IMG/VR virus record: IMGVR_UViG_3300044646_001937
Location: 124,001-188,000 of that record
Length of the DNA: 64,000 bases
Strand: one strand, 5' to 3'
Position 1 is the first letter of the stretch. Each line of letters begins with the position of its first letter. The notes beneath the pieces are model-generated. The model was not told where the DNA came from, ran no database searches, and worked only from the letters and a program-made list of their open reading frames with translations. Of this stretch, positions 46,201-55,300 are shown one piece after another. A program made the position numbers and the translations under genes.

Positions 46201-46977
46201 ACACCATTAGGTACAGTTAACAGTCCCGCAACAATAACAAATTTACTCAACGGTACAATCTATAGCGTGAGAGTCGCCGCAATCAATTCTGAAGGCGTCG
46301 GTGATGCCTCTAATTCAATTCAGGCAAGAGTTGGTGTAACTGCTGACGCTCCAACTATATTTAAGGCAGAGCACGCAGGAGGAGGCAAACTAAGAATTTA
46401 CATACAGCCTGGCGCTAATGGATTTTCACCAATAACAGGCTACGTTTATTACATTGATTCCCCTGAAGGGGGCACAGAAAACAGCAACACAGCCACACCA
46501 TTAGGCGGCCTTACACCTGACAACACTGCAATAGTGTATAGTAAACTTGATGGGCAGGGCGGAACAATTGGGACTATGTTTGAAGAGTCAAGATTGTACA
46601 CAATCAGCATAGCTGCCGTTAATGAGTTTGGAACTAGTACAGCTTCTGAAAAAATATCTTTTTTTGTAGTATATACAGCACCTCGCGCGCTAATAGTTAA
46701 TTCGTATATAGAAGAGCATGATAGAGTCATATTCAACTTATCTTTTGAAAACAATGACACAGGAGGCGCTGGAGGATATGTTACAATAACCAGTATAATT
46801 AGAGACTCTGATGGAAATATAATTACGGATACGTATGGAAATCCCTTGGATAATCTTCAAACATACTATAATGTTTTCACTCGTTCAGAGTATACCTATA
46901 CTGTAGCTGGGTTGACTGCAGGGGTTACGTATGATATCACAATTTTAACATCAAATGCTGCAGGCACAGGAGCTTAG
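40264..46977 (+). CDS. Giant Ig-like fibre/adhesin (2237 aa): He_PIG-type Ig repeats, carboxypeptidase-regulatory-like repeats and FN3 repeats
   Basis: About five LP.GL.L...TG.I.G repeats, ISG.V...T...G.Y/F repeats, and Y.YS.D.G / L.NG..Y.V.V.A.N..G.G FN3 repeats. Confidence 0.8.
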   Translation: MAALEYLTQNSLTSHPFKNSYGLEEGTGAVDGWFYDILFVSYDDSIRRVYLQKIEKKENGSLEIGINNAETLARLPEGLITIAAEDVVDHYANKIKSFVGVAKSKFAIKFVIGPTLAAKEAFSENYLPAVTELSSDVTVLNTVRVNSITFEAYDGPILNTVKLYTGEEIALVEPRYNSTFTLTDTSSGELSVSAGSGAGLYDNCPTPGSITDVHTLNEIPPNSEGTLFLHATECHSLNLLTTNDELIYGDQLDTYRSFTSPGNTEPFNAVNPEHTITLENFCSVKCPHENVKALAYYINRITDGASGLADIAVRNTETRGIGSAEGTEFHVDNADFCDAAANIFLKCPVDSEAFIPCNQGFIKYLHEGRTLQVSYDNATITNYTIVSVINENTVLLDGAPSGIMGKIPFRVIDSGVISNINCASSLYNKQNDDKLKPYFKVRYSTSEAFNSDFEYVTYAAISVGVFNPGPEPVRLNIAFNPNGLGQQGSFKIRKTDSIYVSSESVVDLDCKEHAFVEAVYYIKCGEPASNFSILVTNITANPDEILGDGAYYLPPLVGVSCPGDIAGAINTVQIVKQDTDTFSQIIGVDPLVQDVKIYGTLPDWLTITFQPAQSGQPSSSLVLTGTKISTNNYNTEYNLYARYTGIAIPVVSQLVIQYVAPPIFIYPTEKYFTQEKPLVIDPLIIYTEENPLTQLTVKNMDKPLSWNGDNFSSYGVDVIAERELPQGLTLDTVTGKITGRLLEGVTDEGYWKIALTATNPAGIVSQNLYLGVSKRAIPVISFLQQLPTVIDNYTQYTIEEPLCSFKATNDPILLYQTTDKLPSGLRLDTTKGVIYGKITETAAGTKTINVYARNFYGKSILPLEVTISYTIYKQPEIQAPTQFARFNGEDGSTLEEPLCTIVATQAYGGLNNFDPLLTDATRNHYTATNLPPGFSVDLYTGKVYGILDTSEGFSRAYAVTLKASNLVNTATVQIYITFPNVKLPVITNLASGSLFKVTRNLEYSVEAGPLASIYAIYLDPIIIATGLPAGLTCLPTGEVVGMVDSLLPAGDYTVSFRAQNRYGVSTPAIVCIVRVGIELLSPLPNSMLNLSVNAQITPIQITTSQGVPVTLTVRNLPAGLTFNNSQIYGTPVTVGRSKIYITASAGVFGIIKAVINVSVSIPTYSLSGAVVGVDLAAATNVFLTITSVETGAIYTIKTTSTGTYQLNGLYAGIYNVSARKDRFEIEPITRTITIVNTDVALQSFLITGPYRLIVGTVTNAINKSGVENVAIITFNRTVYTDTAGRFFINLLQNEEITITADAVSYVFNPKTIDIPISNEDSGGYSFKATPSHNISGTIVSKNIEVPANIGVLIDNQNTGEKYYDIAPAGSISVQALDGKYKIYPNPEASDYYNSIWQFKPKYIPVEVNGLSIQLAKSFNIFSGKTISGRVIAPIYETEIGLPIPVAGVAITAANITLDQTRFIWLKLDANNPPTIKLDLKTIRAAAASTENIPVTVDFTTGFFNLRGTTAGQLSMDGYTASVEEIILLKDQFYPELNGIYTIVNPGSATETFHLVRSTEANYNESLKVGAAIYVIGGITNSAATYYLTTEDQVTAISDIDGNFTLTNVYPDTYNLYAHKEGVGILSIPQVNVSTNNATNLVIVPNTYQITGTIQYRANYLSTTKTPLTDVRISLYRAKDLFLLKKSEKSKADGSWIFRSVPDGDYILKAEFRGMTPTVVEQKITVDDGDVNLVAMEVYIAVFTAPSAPIVNNIQGGYRSLKVTVSENPEDIGTEIRYYEYSLDSGTTWATAVKTSDSEILIPDLPPAEKTIFKLRARNLWSYGPEVELQGVAFDRPGAPTITSIARKNKELLVNFSPPLFSGGLYIDNYAYSTDGGITFLPITPANITGSFSILKRSNNGLDLVNGEKYQIVLHALAGEAAGLDSEPEITFPVGTPGPSRLLSVVGGRLNELDISFEPPEITNGAPVADYAYSLNGGPFTPLGTVNSPATITNLLNGTIYSVRVAAINSEGVGDASNSIQARVGVTADAPTIFKAEHAGGGKLRIYIQPGANGFSPITGYVYYIDSPEGGTENSNTATPLGGLTPDNTAIVYSKLDGQGGTIGTMFEESRLYTISIAAVNEFGTSTASEKISFFVVYTAPRALIVNSYIEEHDRVIFNLSFENNDTGGAGGYVTITSIIRDSDGNIITDTYGNPLDNLQTYYNVFTRSEYTYTVAGLTAGVTYDITILTSNAAGTGA

Positions 46978-47001
46978 TAGTAAATTAATATTTAAAGCCG
47001 T

Positions 47002-50000
47002 ATGATAATCAAAGTTACTCCAAAATTTACAGCTCCCAAGGGATTGTTTGTAACGCATCAATACGGTAACAGCCAATACCCATTAAACATATATAATTAC
47101 CCAGACAGTGGCAGCGCTGGGCTATTAATTTATGTAAAAGTTGCAACCACGGGCGGACAACCAGTAACAGGATATACGCTTGAAGCATCAGCCTTAGGGA
47201 TACCTACTATAAATAGAGACATCACTTGGATCACCCCTGAAGAGGCGGAGCAGTCATCTATCGGTGAGTATCTTTTAAAAATTACAAATCTCACACCCGA
47301 AAAACAATACACATTAAAAATAGCCTTAAAAAATAGTGTAGGTGCAAGTGAAATTGTAACAATACCTGGAAGTTCATTAACAATTCCGAAAGTTCGCCCT
47401 ACCATACCCAGTGCGGAATTTTATAATTACCAACCTACTGACGCTCGCGTACAATTAAAGGTAACAATAAGCCCTCAAGAATCCTTTGAAAACCTTATAG
47501 TTTTTGGATATTTAAGATACGATGGAGAGCCTCCGTCTGATGAAACTCTTTTAAATGACCTGCGTAACACTCGCACAGACATGGCAGGAGCCGGCGAAAT
47601 TTACACAAGATTCCCACTTGAGTCAGTGCAAAGTTACTCATACAATCAAATATCTGGAATATGTGATCAAAATTTTGGTTCGCCTTATGATCTATATAAT
47701 CTTTGTATGAGATGCTTATGGGGAGCTCCCTACAATTTCTCAGGCTTTGTGCGAAGGACTGTTCCCCTATACCCGCTAATAACCACTCCTGGGGATAAAT
47801 ATTTCTGGATACCTAGCGGGGAAAATACCTATGAGGGAGGTATAACAAAAAACACCACTACGATTGTTTATCCGTTACTGCTACGCAGCGAAGGCGCGTA
47901 TTATTATGGAGAAAATCTTACCTCCACCCCGCAAGCCTATGCAGAATCGGCTGGGCTTTCTAATGTATTTAATATATTCTCATATTTTACAGGAATTCCT
48001 GACCGCATAGATAGTGTACTTGAGCATGGCTGGGAGTATACTTCTAATGGCTGGCGATATGTACTGTCCTTTTACCCTCCGGCAGATGGCGGATTAAGCA
48101 TAACAGAATATGGTTATTATTTTGACCGAACTGCCTACGACAATAATGCATATGCTCCTCCGTATATTCCAAACATAGATTCGGACGATCTGACGTATGT
48201 TAATACTTTTGAGCAACGCTATGACTCTGATTGGATGTCATACATAGCCCTGATTATAGATCCCCCTAGATTCTATCCATCAGGCTCTCAAGACTTAATT
48301 TCTTATCGTATAAGGGTAACAATAGCTGCAAAAAATGCTAACGGAGCAGCACCTGTAGCTCCCGCGACAGAGATAGTCAGAAATACTGGAGGGTATTTCT
48401 ATAATTATTACCTTGGTAATTTTAATATATTAGCCATAGGTATTGTTGACCACTCTGTCACTCTAGAAACAATAGGTGGTCAGCAATATCAAAACATTCA
48501 AATCCTTGAGTATCCTTATTTGAAAGTTTACTACGAAATCGATAGAAACAATCCGGATTACGTAGCCAGAATGAATCATATACTAGCCGACCCTAACTAT
48601 GGCGGCTTGTTTAGCCCACGCTATAAAACATCAGCTTTTAATGGTTGGTTGATGTTTGATAGCGTGGATGAAGATTCTTTTGGTTTTTTTGCGACTAGTA
48701 ATTTTTTATACGAGCTTGCGCCTCAAACTACGTATGATTACACCATGAAACTTGATACGCAGGATTATGTGTACTCTCCTGAAACAAATTTCACATTTAC
48801 CACAGGAGCTATTGTCCAAGTTGTAAGCCTTGTAGCCAAATCACACTACAGCGGAAATGTTGTGTTAGCATATACCGGCGAAACTTACGCATTACTGTCC
48901 AGGCAAATTAATTGGTATTATAAAGAGTTTGGAAGTGAAATTATTAACATAGGCGGAGCAATATACAAAACATTTGATAAAGTATTTATGGTCAATTCTC
49001 CTGCTCTTATAGCAGGAAAATCCTATTACTTTTATATTAAAGTGACTAATATTTTTGGACAGTCGGAATATTCCCCTGCGTCTAACCTAGTCTCAATCAC
49101 ACTACTAACAACACCAGCACTAGCCCCAAGGGTGACAGTAATTCCTTCAGACTCGATGATTACAGTTTATGTGGACAAATTGTCTAATGCTTTAGCTGGA
49201 GGTTTGCCTGTGACAAACTACCAGATGATGTTTTCACCCACCGACGACCCAGATTACCAGTTTACGAGCTTTAACCCACCGAGATCACAATCATCATTAT
49301 ATCCAGCATTTTATTACCCTCCAGGGTCATTTGGAAACCCTTTAGCGGTAATTGATGGACTGGCCAATGGTCGTGAATATATGATATCGGTGAGCGCAAT
49401 TAACGATAAAGGAGTAGGTCAACAATCACCTATTGTGAAAGCTACTCCACTAGGTGTACCTAATTTTCCTAGAGTATTAGCTACCGTAGGAGACAGAAGT
49501 GTTACGGTCGCTTTTATCCCCCCTTTGGATACCGGAGGGTCACCCATACTAAAATACCAGTATTCTACAGATGCTGGGCAAACCTGGTTAGACGCTTTTG
49601 TAGCAGGAACCACGAATTACGATTTAACTAGTCCTATAGTTATAACCAAACATAGCGTAAATAACCAATCTCTCAACAACGGACAGTTATACCAAGTTAG
49701 ATTGCGCGCAGTTAACGCACAAGGACCAGGAGATGCCTCCATAACAATACAAGCCACTCCTGTGGGCCCACCTTCGCCGCCCGTTATAGATGAAATCGTT
49801 TCATCTGATAAACAATTAGTTGTCAAGTTTACCCCTCCTATAGCTCAAAATGCTGACACACCTGTACTGGGTTATAAATACTCTCTAGATGACGACTATG
49901 AGAATTTTAATAAAGACACATATATCACAGTTGTGCCAACAAACAACCAGTTCACAATATCTGGAGCAACTATCCCAGTTGGACTAGCTCCAAATATAAA

Positions 50001-52323
50001 TTTACGCAACAACAGTACATATACTATAAGATTAAAAGCATACAACGTTTTAGGTGATGGAGAGCCGTATGTTGCAACAGGAACTCCTATGCCATTACCT
50101 CCAGCATTAGAAATAACCCGTATAGTTCCTAGAAGTAAAAAACTAGACGTGTATTTTGTTCGTAATTATGTGATTGGAGGACCTGAAGTAGGTAATATTG
50201 ATAGAATATGGTATACTTTGAACGGAGGAGAAAAGCTTACAGAAACAACTTTAGATTTGGTAAGCCCGTTAACCATTACCGGCGGAGATCCAAGCTCGAC
50301 TGGACTGCTTACAAATAATGTTCCATACACTATAAGACTTTATGGTAAGAACACTGCAGGTTTTGGAGCAGCATATAATGCAGTAACAGGAATACCTACA
50401 GCCACATTACCAACAGCTCCCACCATCACAAGCCTGGTAAGCAACAATCAATCAGGGCAGCTTGTAGTGTCATTTAATCCCCCCACAGACATTGGAGGGA
50501 CAAGCATTATCGACTACGAGTACATAGCCTACACCAGCGGGCAAGAGACATCCGCCATTGCAGTCTCATCTAATAAAACCAGTAGTCCTATAGTTATAAA
50601 CAAGCTAACTAACGGTGAAGTGTACTTTGTCAAAGTGCGTGCTGTTAACGCTGTTGGTGCCGGTCCGTTTTCTAATTATTTATATAGAAGACCGCTCACT
50701 TCTCCTTTGTTTGAGATAACCAGAATAGACCCTGTGGCTACTGATCTGGTATCGCCACAGCTTCAAGTAACATATGATGTACTAGAAGATGGAGGTTATG
50801 GGTTATATAGTAACCCTGAAGGACCCTTCACTATACAGTACAAAGTAAGCAAATTTGCAAATTTTAGCGGAGCCGCGTGGCAGTCGTATAGAACAACTGG
50901 AAACTTATTCAAGTATGTTACAAATCCATTTTATATAGATGTGCCATTGGAGTACGACACTGAGTATTACGTTAAAATAAAAGCAGATCTAGACGTCAAT
51001 CAGACAGAAAATGCAGGTAATTTTATAGAATCAGAGCCTTTTGCTGTCACACCCCAAAAAACAATACCACCGTCAGCGCCAATAATCACGCAAATGCTTG
51101 CCCCAGAGAGAGGCACTGTACATATTTATTTTACACCAGGGCCAGCCAACGGAACAACCGGCACGCTGATTGGCTATAAATGGGTAGATATGAAAGCAGG
51201 CGGTACTACACATTTATTTTCCACAGCCTCAACGTCCCCCCTAGTAATATCCGGATTAGCTGATGCATATTACGTTAATTTAAAACTAGTTGCGTACAAT
51301 GAATACGGAGATAGCGCACCCTCCAACGAGGGTGCGGTGGTTACACCTGGCCTACCTTTTGCACCTACAATATTAAACTCAAAATTTACACAAGAAACAG
51401 GGGTACTTTTGGTAAATTTTATACCACCATACTATGTTATTCCAGAAAACCATAGACCTGTAATAAACTACGCGTACACTGTTACTCAAGAAGGCCTTCC
51501 ATATCCAAATGCAACCGTACTAGCCACACCCACAACAACATCACCTCTGTCGATTAGTGTTAGCGGAATTGTTGGAGACGGTAGTAGATATCTAGTCAGA
51601 TTGGCCGCAATAAACGAAATAGGTGTTGGCGCATTTTCTGCTGTTAACATATTTACGCCACCACTGGGGCCTGAACCACCTGAAATACTGGGATTTGTAC
51701 CAGGACTTAACTCAATAACTGTTAACTACAAAGCACCAGAAAAAAGCGGTTCAGGTAATCTGATAGGGTATACGTGTAAATACTCAAATAACGCTGAACC
51801 ATTTACGTTCAGCTCTACTGGCGAGGCTACTGGAAGTTTTACAATACCAAATTTAACTGTTAATACGTATTATGTACTTATATTGAGGGCAGTGAATGCC
51901 TTAAATGTTGCAGGATTACCGTCAAAAGCAGCTACAGCACATACAGCAATTGCACCAAGCATACAGCAGGTAGGATACGACACACAGACATCCGACATAT
52001 TCTTAATACCTACAGGGTCCACCGGAGCCACCGGAGCATCTACACCCGTTGACGGCAGTTTCTTGTTTATCTCATCTCGTCTATATAGATACGGCTCGTA
52101 CGCCTATTCCGACCAGCTTAAATACGTAAATGGTAAAGCATACAGGCCGTACACAGGATGGTATGACACTACCAGCGATCAGATAATACAAGGTGCTCCC
52201 GGCAAATATTATACTGACGGTGTAGCAGATACAAATTCTCAAGATTTATTAAACGCTAAACCGCTTACAGGTGCAGGGTGGGTCGATTCTTCAACATTGG
52301 TCATTGGAGCTACAGGAGGCTAG
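47002..52323 (+). CDS. Giant FN3-repeat fibre protein (1773 aa)
   Basis: Many P.AP.I....V.F.PP...GG..I..Y.YS...L.NG..Y.V.LRAVN..G.G repeats. Confidence 0.8.
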   Translation: MIIKVTPKFTAPKGLFVTHQYGNSQYPLNIYNYPDSGSAGLLIYVKVATTGGQPVTGYTLEASALGIPTINRDITWITPEEAEQSSIGEYLLKITNLTPEKQYTLKIALKNSVGASEIVTIPGSSLTIPKVRPTIPSAEFYNYQPTDARVQLKVTISPQESFENLIVFGYLRYDGEPPSDETLLNDLRNTRTDMAGAGEIYTRFPLESVQSYSYNQISGICDQNFGSPYDLYNLCMRCLWGAPYNFSGFVRRTVPLYPLITTPGDKYFWIPSGENTYEGGITKNTTTIVYPLLLRSEGAYYYGENLTSTPQAYAESAGLSNVFNIFSYFTGIPDRIDSVLEHGWEYTSNGWRYVLSFYPPADGGLSITEYGYYFDRTAYDNNAYAPPYIPNIDSDDLTYVNTFEQRYDSDWMSYIALIIDPPRFYPSGSQDLISYRIRVTIAAKNANGAAPVAPATEIVRNTGGYFYNYYLGNFNILAIGIVDHSVTLETIGGQQYQNIQILEYPYLKVYYEIDRNNPDYVARMNHILADPNYGGLFSPRYKTSAFNGWLMFDSVDEDSFGFFATSNFLYELAPQTTYDYTMKLDTQDYVYSPETNFTFTTGAIVQVVSLVAKSHYSGNVVLAYTGETYALLSRQINWYYKEFGSEIINIGGAIYKTFDKVFMVNSPALIAGKSYYFYIKVTNIFGQSEYSPASNLVSITLLTTPALAPRVTVIPSDSMITVYVDKLSNALAGGLPVTNYQMMFSPTDDPDYQFTSFNPPRSQSSLYPAFYYPPGSFGNPLAVIDGLANGREYMISVSAINDKGVGQQSPIVKATPLGVPNFPRVLATVGDRSVTVAFIPPLDTGGSPILKYQYSTDAGQTWLDAFVAGTTNYDLTSPIVITKHSVNNQSLNNGQLYQVRLRAVNAQGPGDASITIQATPVGPPSPPVIDEIVSSDKQLVVKFTPPIAQNADTPVLGYKYSLDDDYENFNKDTYITVVPTNNQFTISGATIPVGLAPNINLRNNSTYTIRLKAYNVLGDGEPYVATGTPMPLPPALEITRIVPRSKKLDVYFVRNYVIGGPEVGNIDRIWYTLNGGEKLTETTLDLVSPLTITGGDPSSTGLLTNNVPYTIRLYGKNTAGFGAAYNAVTGIPTATLPTAPTITSLVSNNQSGQLVVSFNPPTDIGGTSIIDYEYIAYTSGQETSAIAVSSNKTSSPIVINKLTNGEVYFVKVRAVNAVGAGPFSNYLYRRPLTSPLFEITRIDPVATDLVSPQLQVTYDVLEDGGYGLYSNPEGPFTIQYKVSKFANFSGAAWQSYRTTGNLFKYVTNPFYIDVPLEYDTEYYVKIKADLDVNQTENAGNFIESEPFAVTPQKTIPPSAPIITQMLAPERGTVHIYFTPGPANGTTGTLIGYKWVDMKAGGTTHLFSTASTSPLVISGLADAYYVNLKLVAYNEYGDSAPSNEGAVVTPGLPFAPTILNSKFTQETGVLLVNFIPPYYVIPENHRPVINYAYTVTQEGLPYPNATVLATPTTTSPLSISVSGIVGDGSRYLVRLAAINEIGVGAFSAVNIFTPPLGPEPPEILGFVPGLNSITVNYKAPEKSGSGNLIGYTCKYSNNAEPFTFSSTGEATGSFTIPNLTVNTYYVLILRAVNALNVAGLPSKAATAHTAIAPSIQQVGYDTQTSDIFLIPTGSTGATGASTPVDGSFLFISSRLYRYGSYAYSDQLKYVNGKAYRPYTGWYDTTSDQIIQGAPGKYYTDGVADTNSQDLLNAKPLTGAGWVDSSTLVIGATGG

Positions 52324-52391
52324 TGTTACTTATCTGGTTAAATGATTGCAAGAAGAGGAGCTATGGCTTATTATCTGTATGATATAGCTGT

Positions 52392-55300
52392 ATGGAAAAA
52401 ACATCATTAATTGAATATAAGCTTAAATCTTATCTTGGCGGGGTATTAGCAAAATTAAAGTATGTGAATTCGCCTTTAACTCCCTTAACTAAGGTAGAAT
52501 ATTCTTTTGATGGTGTTACATGGACCGAACTAAGCTCTCAAGCTTTTTCTAATACTATTATAGCTCAAGATCCGGTTACTCCATATATTTATACTATTGA
52601 AAGAATTTTTGTACCTCTGGCTGAATATAGAGACTATTTAATCTCATTCAGATTGACAAATACTGTAGCTACTGGAGCACAATCTATTCCTGGAATAGGG
52701 CGTAGAGGAGGACCACCTGAAGCTCTTGTGGTAAAACCCACGTTGACACGCTTACCATACATGAATCGGTACACCAACGTAGCTTTCAGCGTTTTTTCAA
52801 CTCTGTCGAGCACCGTGGTAGGAAAAATGATTGTGACATTTGAATATGACCCAATGCTTGATGGTGGTAGCGGATCAACGCCCATAACGGATGTACTCAT
52901 CTCTCTAGATAGTCGGCAAACATGGCTGCAACCGGACACACTTGAAGTGTTCAAAACAACCAAACAAAGCAACGTTGTTGAAACCTATGTTGCTGGTGAT
53001 ACAAATAGGACGTTTTCAGGTATTGGTACTTTTGTAAGAGTTTCTTACACTTTACCTCAAGGTGGAGATTTTACGTATCTGCAAGACTCTCCAATATATT
53101 ACAAAACTATTAATTTCGCAGGAGAATCTCCGGCAATTAAAATAGTGACAAAATTACCTCTAGTAATTGTAACATCCCCAAACAACCCGGACTATCCTAT
53201 ACTAAATAAAATTGAATCTTCCGATTGGTATTTTGGCAGCAACCAAGAAGTCCGCAGAGACCTGCAGGTGTATTTGGAATTACCAGAATCTACAGGTTTT
53301 GGAGAGCCGTACCAATTGCAATCCACGCAATTACTAGATTTAGCTGAGCTTACCCCTGTAAGCGTTACACCGCCAGAAGGGCAGCAGGCTTTAAAAAACA
53401 TAGACCTTACAGTGACTACAGTGGGCGACACATTCAGAAGGGGTGAGCGCTTAAAAATATACAGTCAGGCAAACCCATCTAAAATATGGTTTATAGCTCA
53501 AGTAACAAGTAATTCCAGAGTAAATCCTGTTTTATCTTTAGATATTTTAGAAAAATACGCTGTGACACCTTATAGCATAAGTGTAAATAGCTTCGCTAAT
53601 GGGGCCGATGAATTCCATAAAAATACCCCTTTGTGGAATATACATAATCACCCTATAAACTACCCGCTTTTAGATTTGTATGTTGGTGATCAGTTAAGAG
53701 ATGACGATGTTTTTGTTAGTGGTAGAACTTTATCTTTTTTTAGAAAAGATATAAGTTTTAACGATATATACTTCTATGCAACAATCATAAGCAAAGATAT
53801 AAATATTGGAAAATTAACCATTAAAATAACATCTAAAAGCGATTGCTTGCAGAACAATTGTCACAACAATCAATCTTTCTTAACTTCATGGGAAATAACA
53901 CCGATTATGACTTCTGCGGATACTTTCCCAACAGAAGCAAATGACTGGGTAATTGAGCCGTTATACCCTGTATTAGAGGCAAGATACAACTTAGCTGAAG
54001 CAAGCAATCCGAATTCTATAATTGAAAAAGGTACAGCAGGATTAACCATAATTAAAGACGACAACAACATTCCAACTTTGGGATATTTTACAATACGAGG
54101 CATTTCTGATATTGAAACGTATGCATTAAATATGACCTATGGTCCTGCGGGCGCTGAATTTTTGTCGCGATTATCCCCAACGTCAACAATTCAATGCAGC
54201 CTCTTAAGTATAGCTCAGAAAGTTACTTTTTTACCGATACGTACATACACTGAAGCCGTATACACTAACGAGTTTGTATCTTGGTGGTACTTATCAAAGC
54301 TTACACCGCTAGTGTCACAAACTGAAATAAAATTTAAATTACCTTTAGCTCCAAACGACAATTCCACTATAGCTGTAGCGTATAGAAAAATAGTTCGAAC
54401 TGAAATTGAAAATATCGAAGGAATAACTACCCCAAGTAGCTTGTATGAAGGGCGTGTAGTAGGTGAGTTGAATTTTGTTGCTTTACAGTCCACACCAACA
54501 ACTGACGCACTTAGAGAGATTACATTTCCTATAGATGAGGCTACACATTTAAACAATGAAGGCCGCCGCGTTGAGATAAGTTACGAGATAAGCTTTTTAA
54601 AAATTATTAGAAATTTAACCTCAAATAACGAGGAGCTTCTAACTGAACTAAATAAATTAAAAGATAAAATTCCAGGAGATATTGTAAAAACTACAATTAG
54701 TATTCCTGGAGCGCAGCCAATAGATTTTGTGCTAGGAAGAGAACTGCTGAACCCCACCGCAATAGGATTAACATTAGTCTACAATGATCAGCTTCCAGGC
54801 TACGAATATCTGGATTTTAAAGACACTCAAGCGCAAGATATTACATTAAAGCAGACAGATTTTTACCGCAGTACGATCGAATACTCCACCAACCAAGGCG
54901 GGAGCTGGAGACATGTACTAAAACCTGGAATTCCTGCATATGATGAAAAATTTTCTCAAGTAAATACCACGTATTATCAAAACATCGGGGCTGACATTAT
55001 TACTTTTACAGAAGAAAATTACAATGTATACCCAGCCGGGACTCTTCTATCTGGAGAAACAATTCAGGACTATACCTATGTCGTAGAAGCGCTGGATGCG
55101 TTTAGTGTTAGGATAAGCAAACCGCAAAAAGCATCAGCATTTAGTCCAGCAGTTAAAAGTTCCGTGCTCGCAAAGTATACAGGCACATCTACTACATACA
55201 CTAGATTTCAAAAAGGTACTGCAATCATGTATGTAGATAAGTATCTAGACTACACGACAGACCTGCCAGTCAAGATAGCAAACACCACATTGACCGGCGC

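Noticed and set aside
52342-52410. 22-codon ORF (MIARRGAMAYYLYDIAVWKKHH) with AGAGGAG and a G_AAA_AAA site that could shift into ORF 52392
   Set aside because: The SD-like sequence is only 2 nt from one ATG and 31 nt from the other. ORF 52392 already has the usual T-ATG context. There is not enough support.
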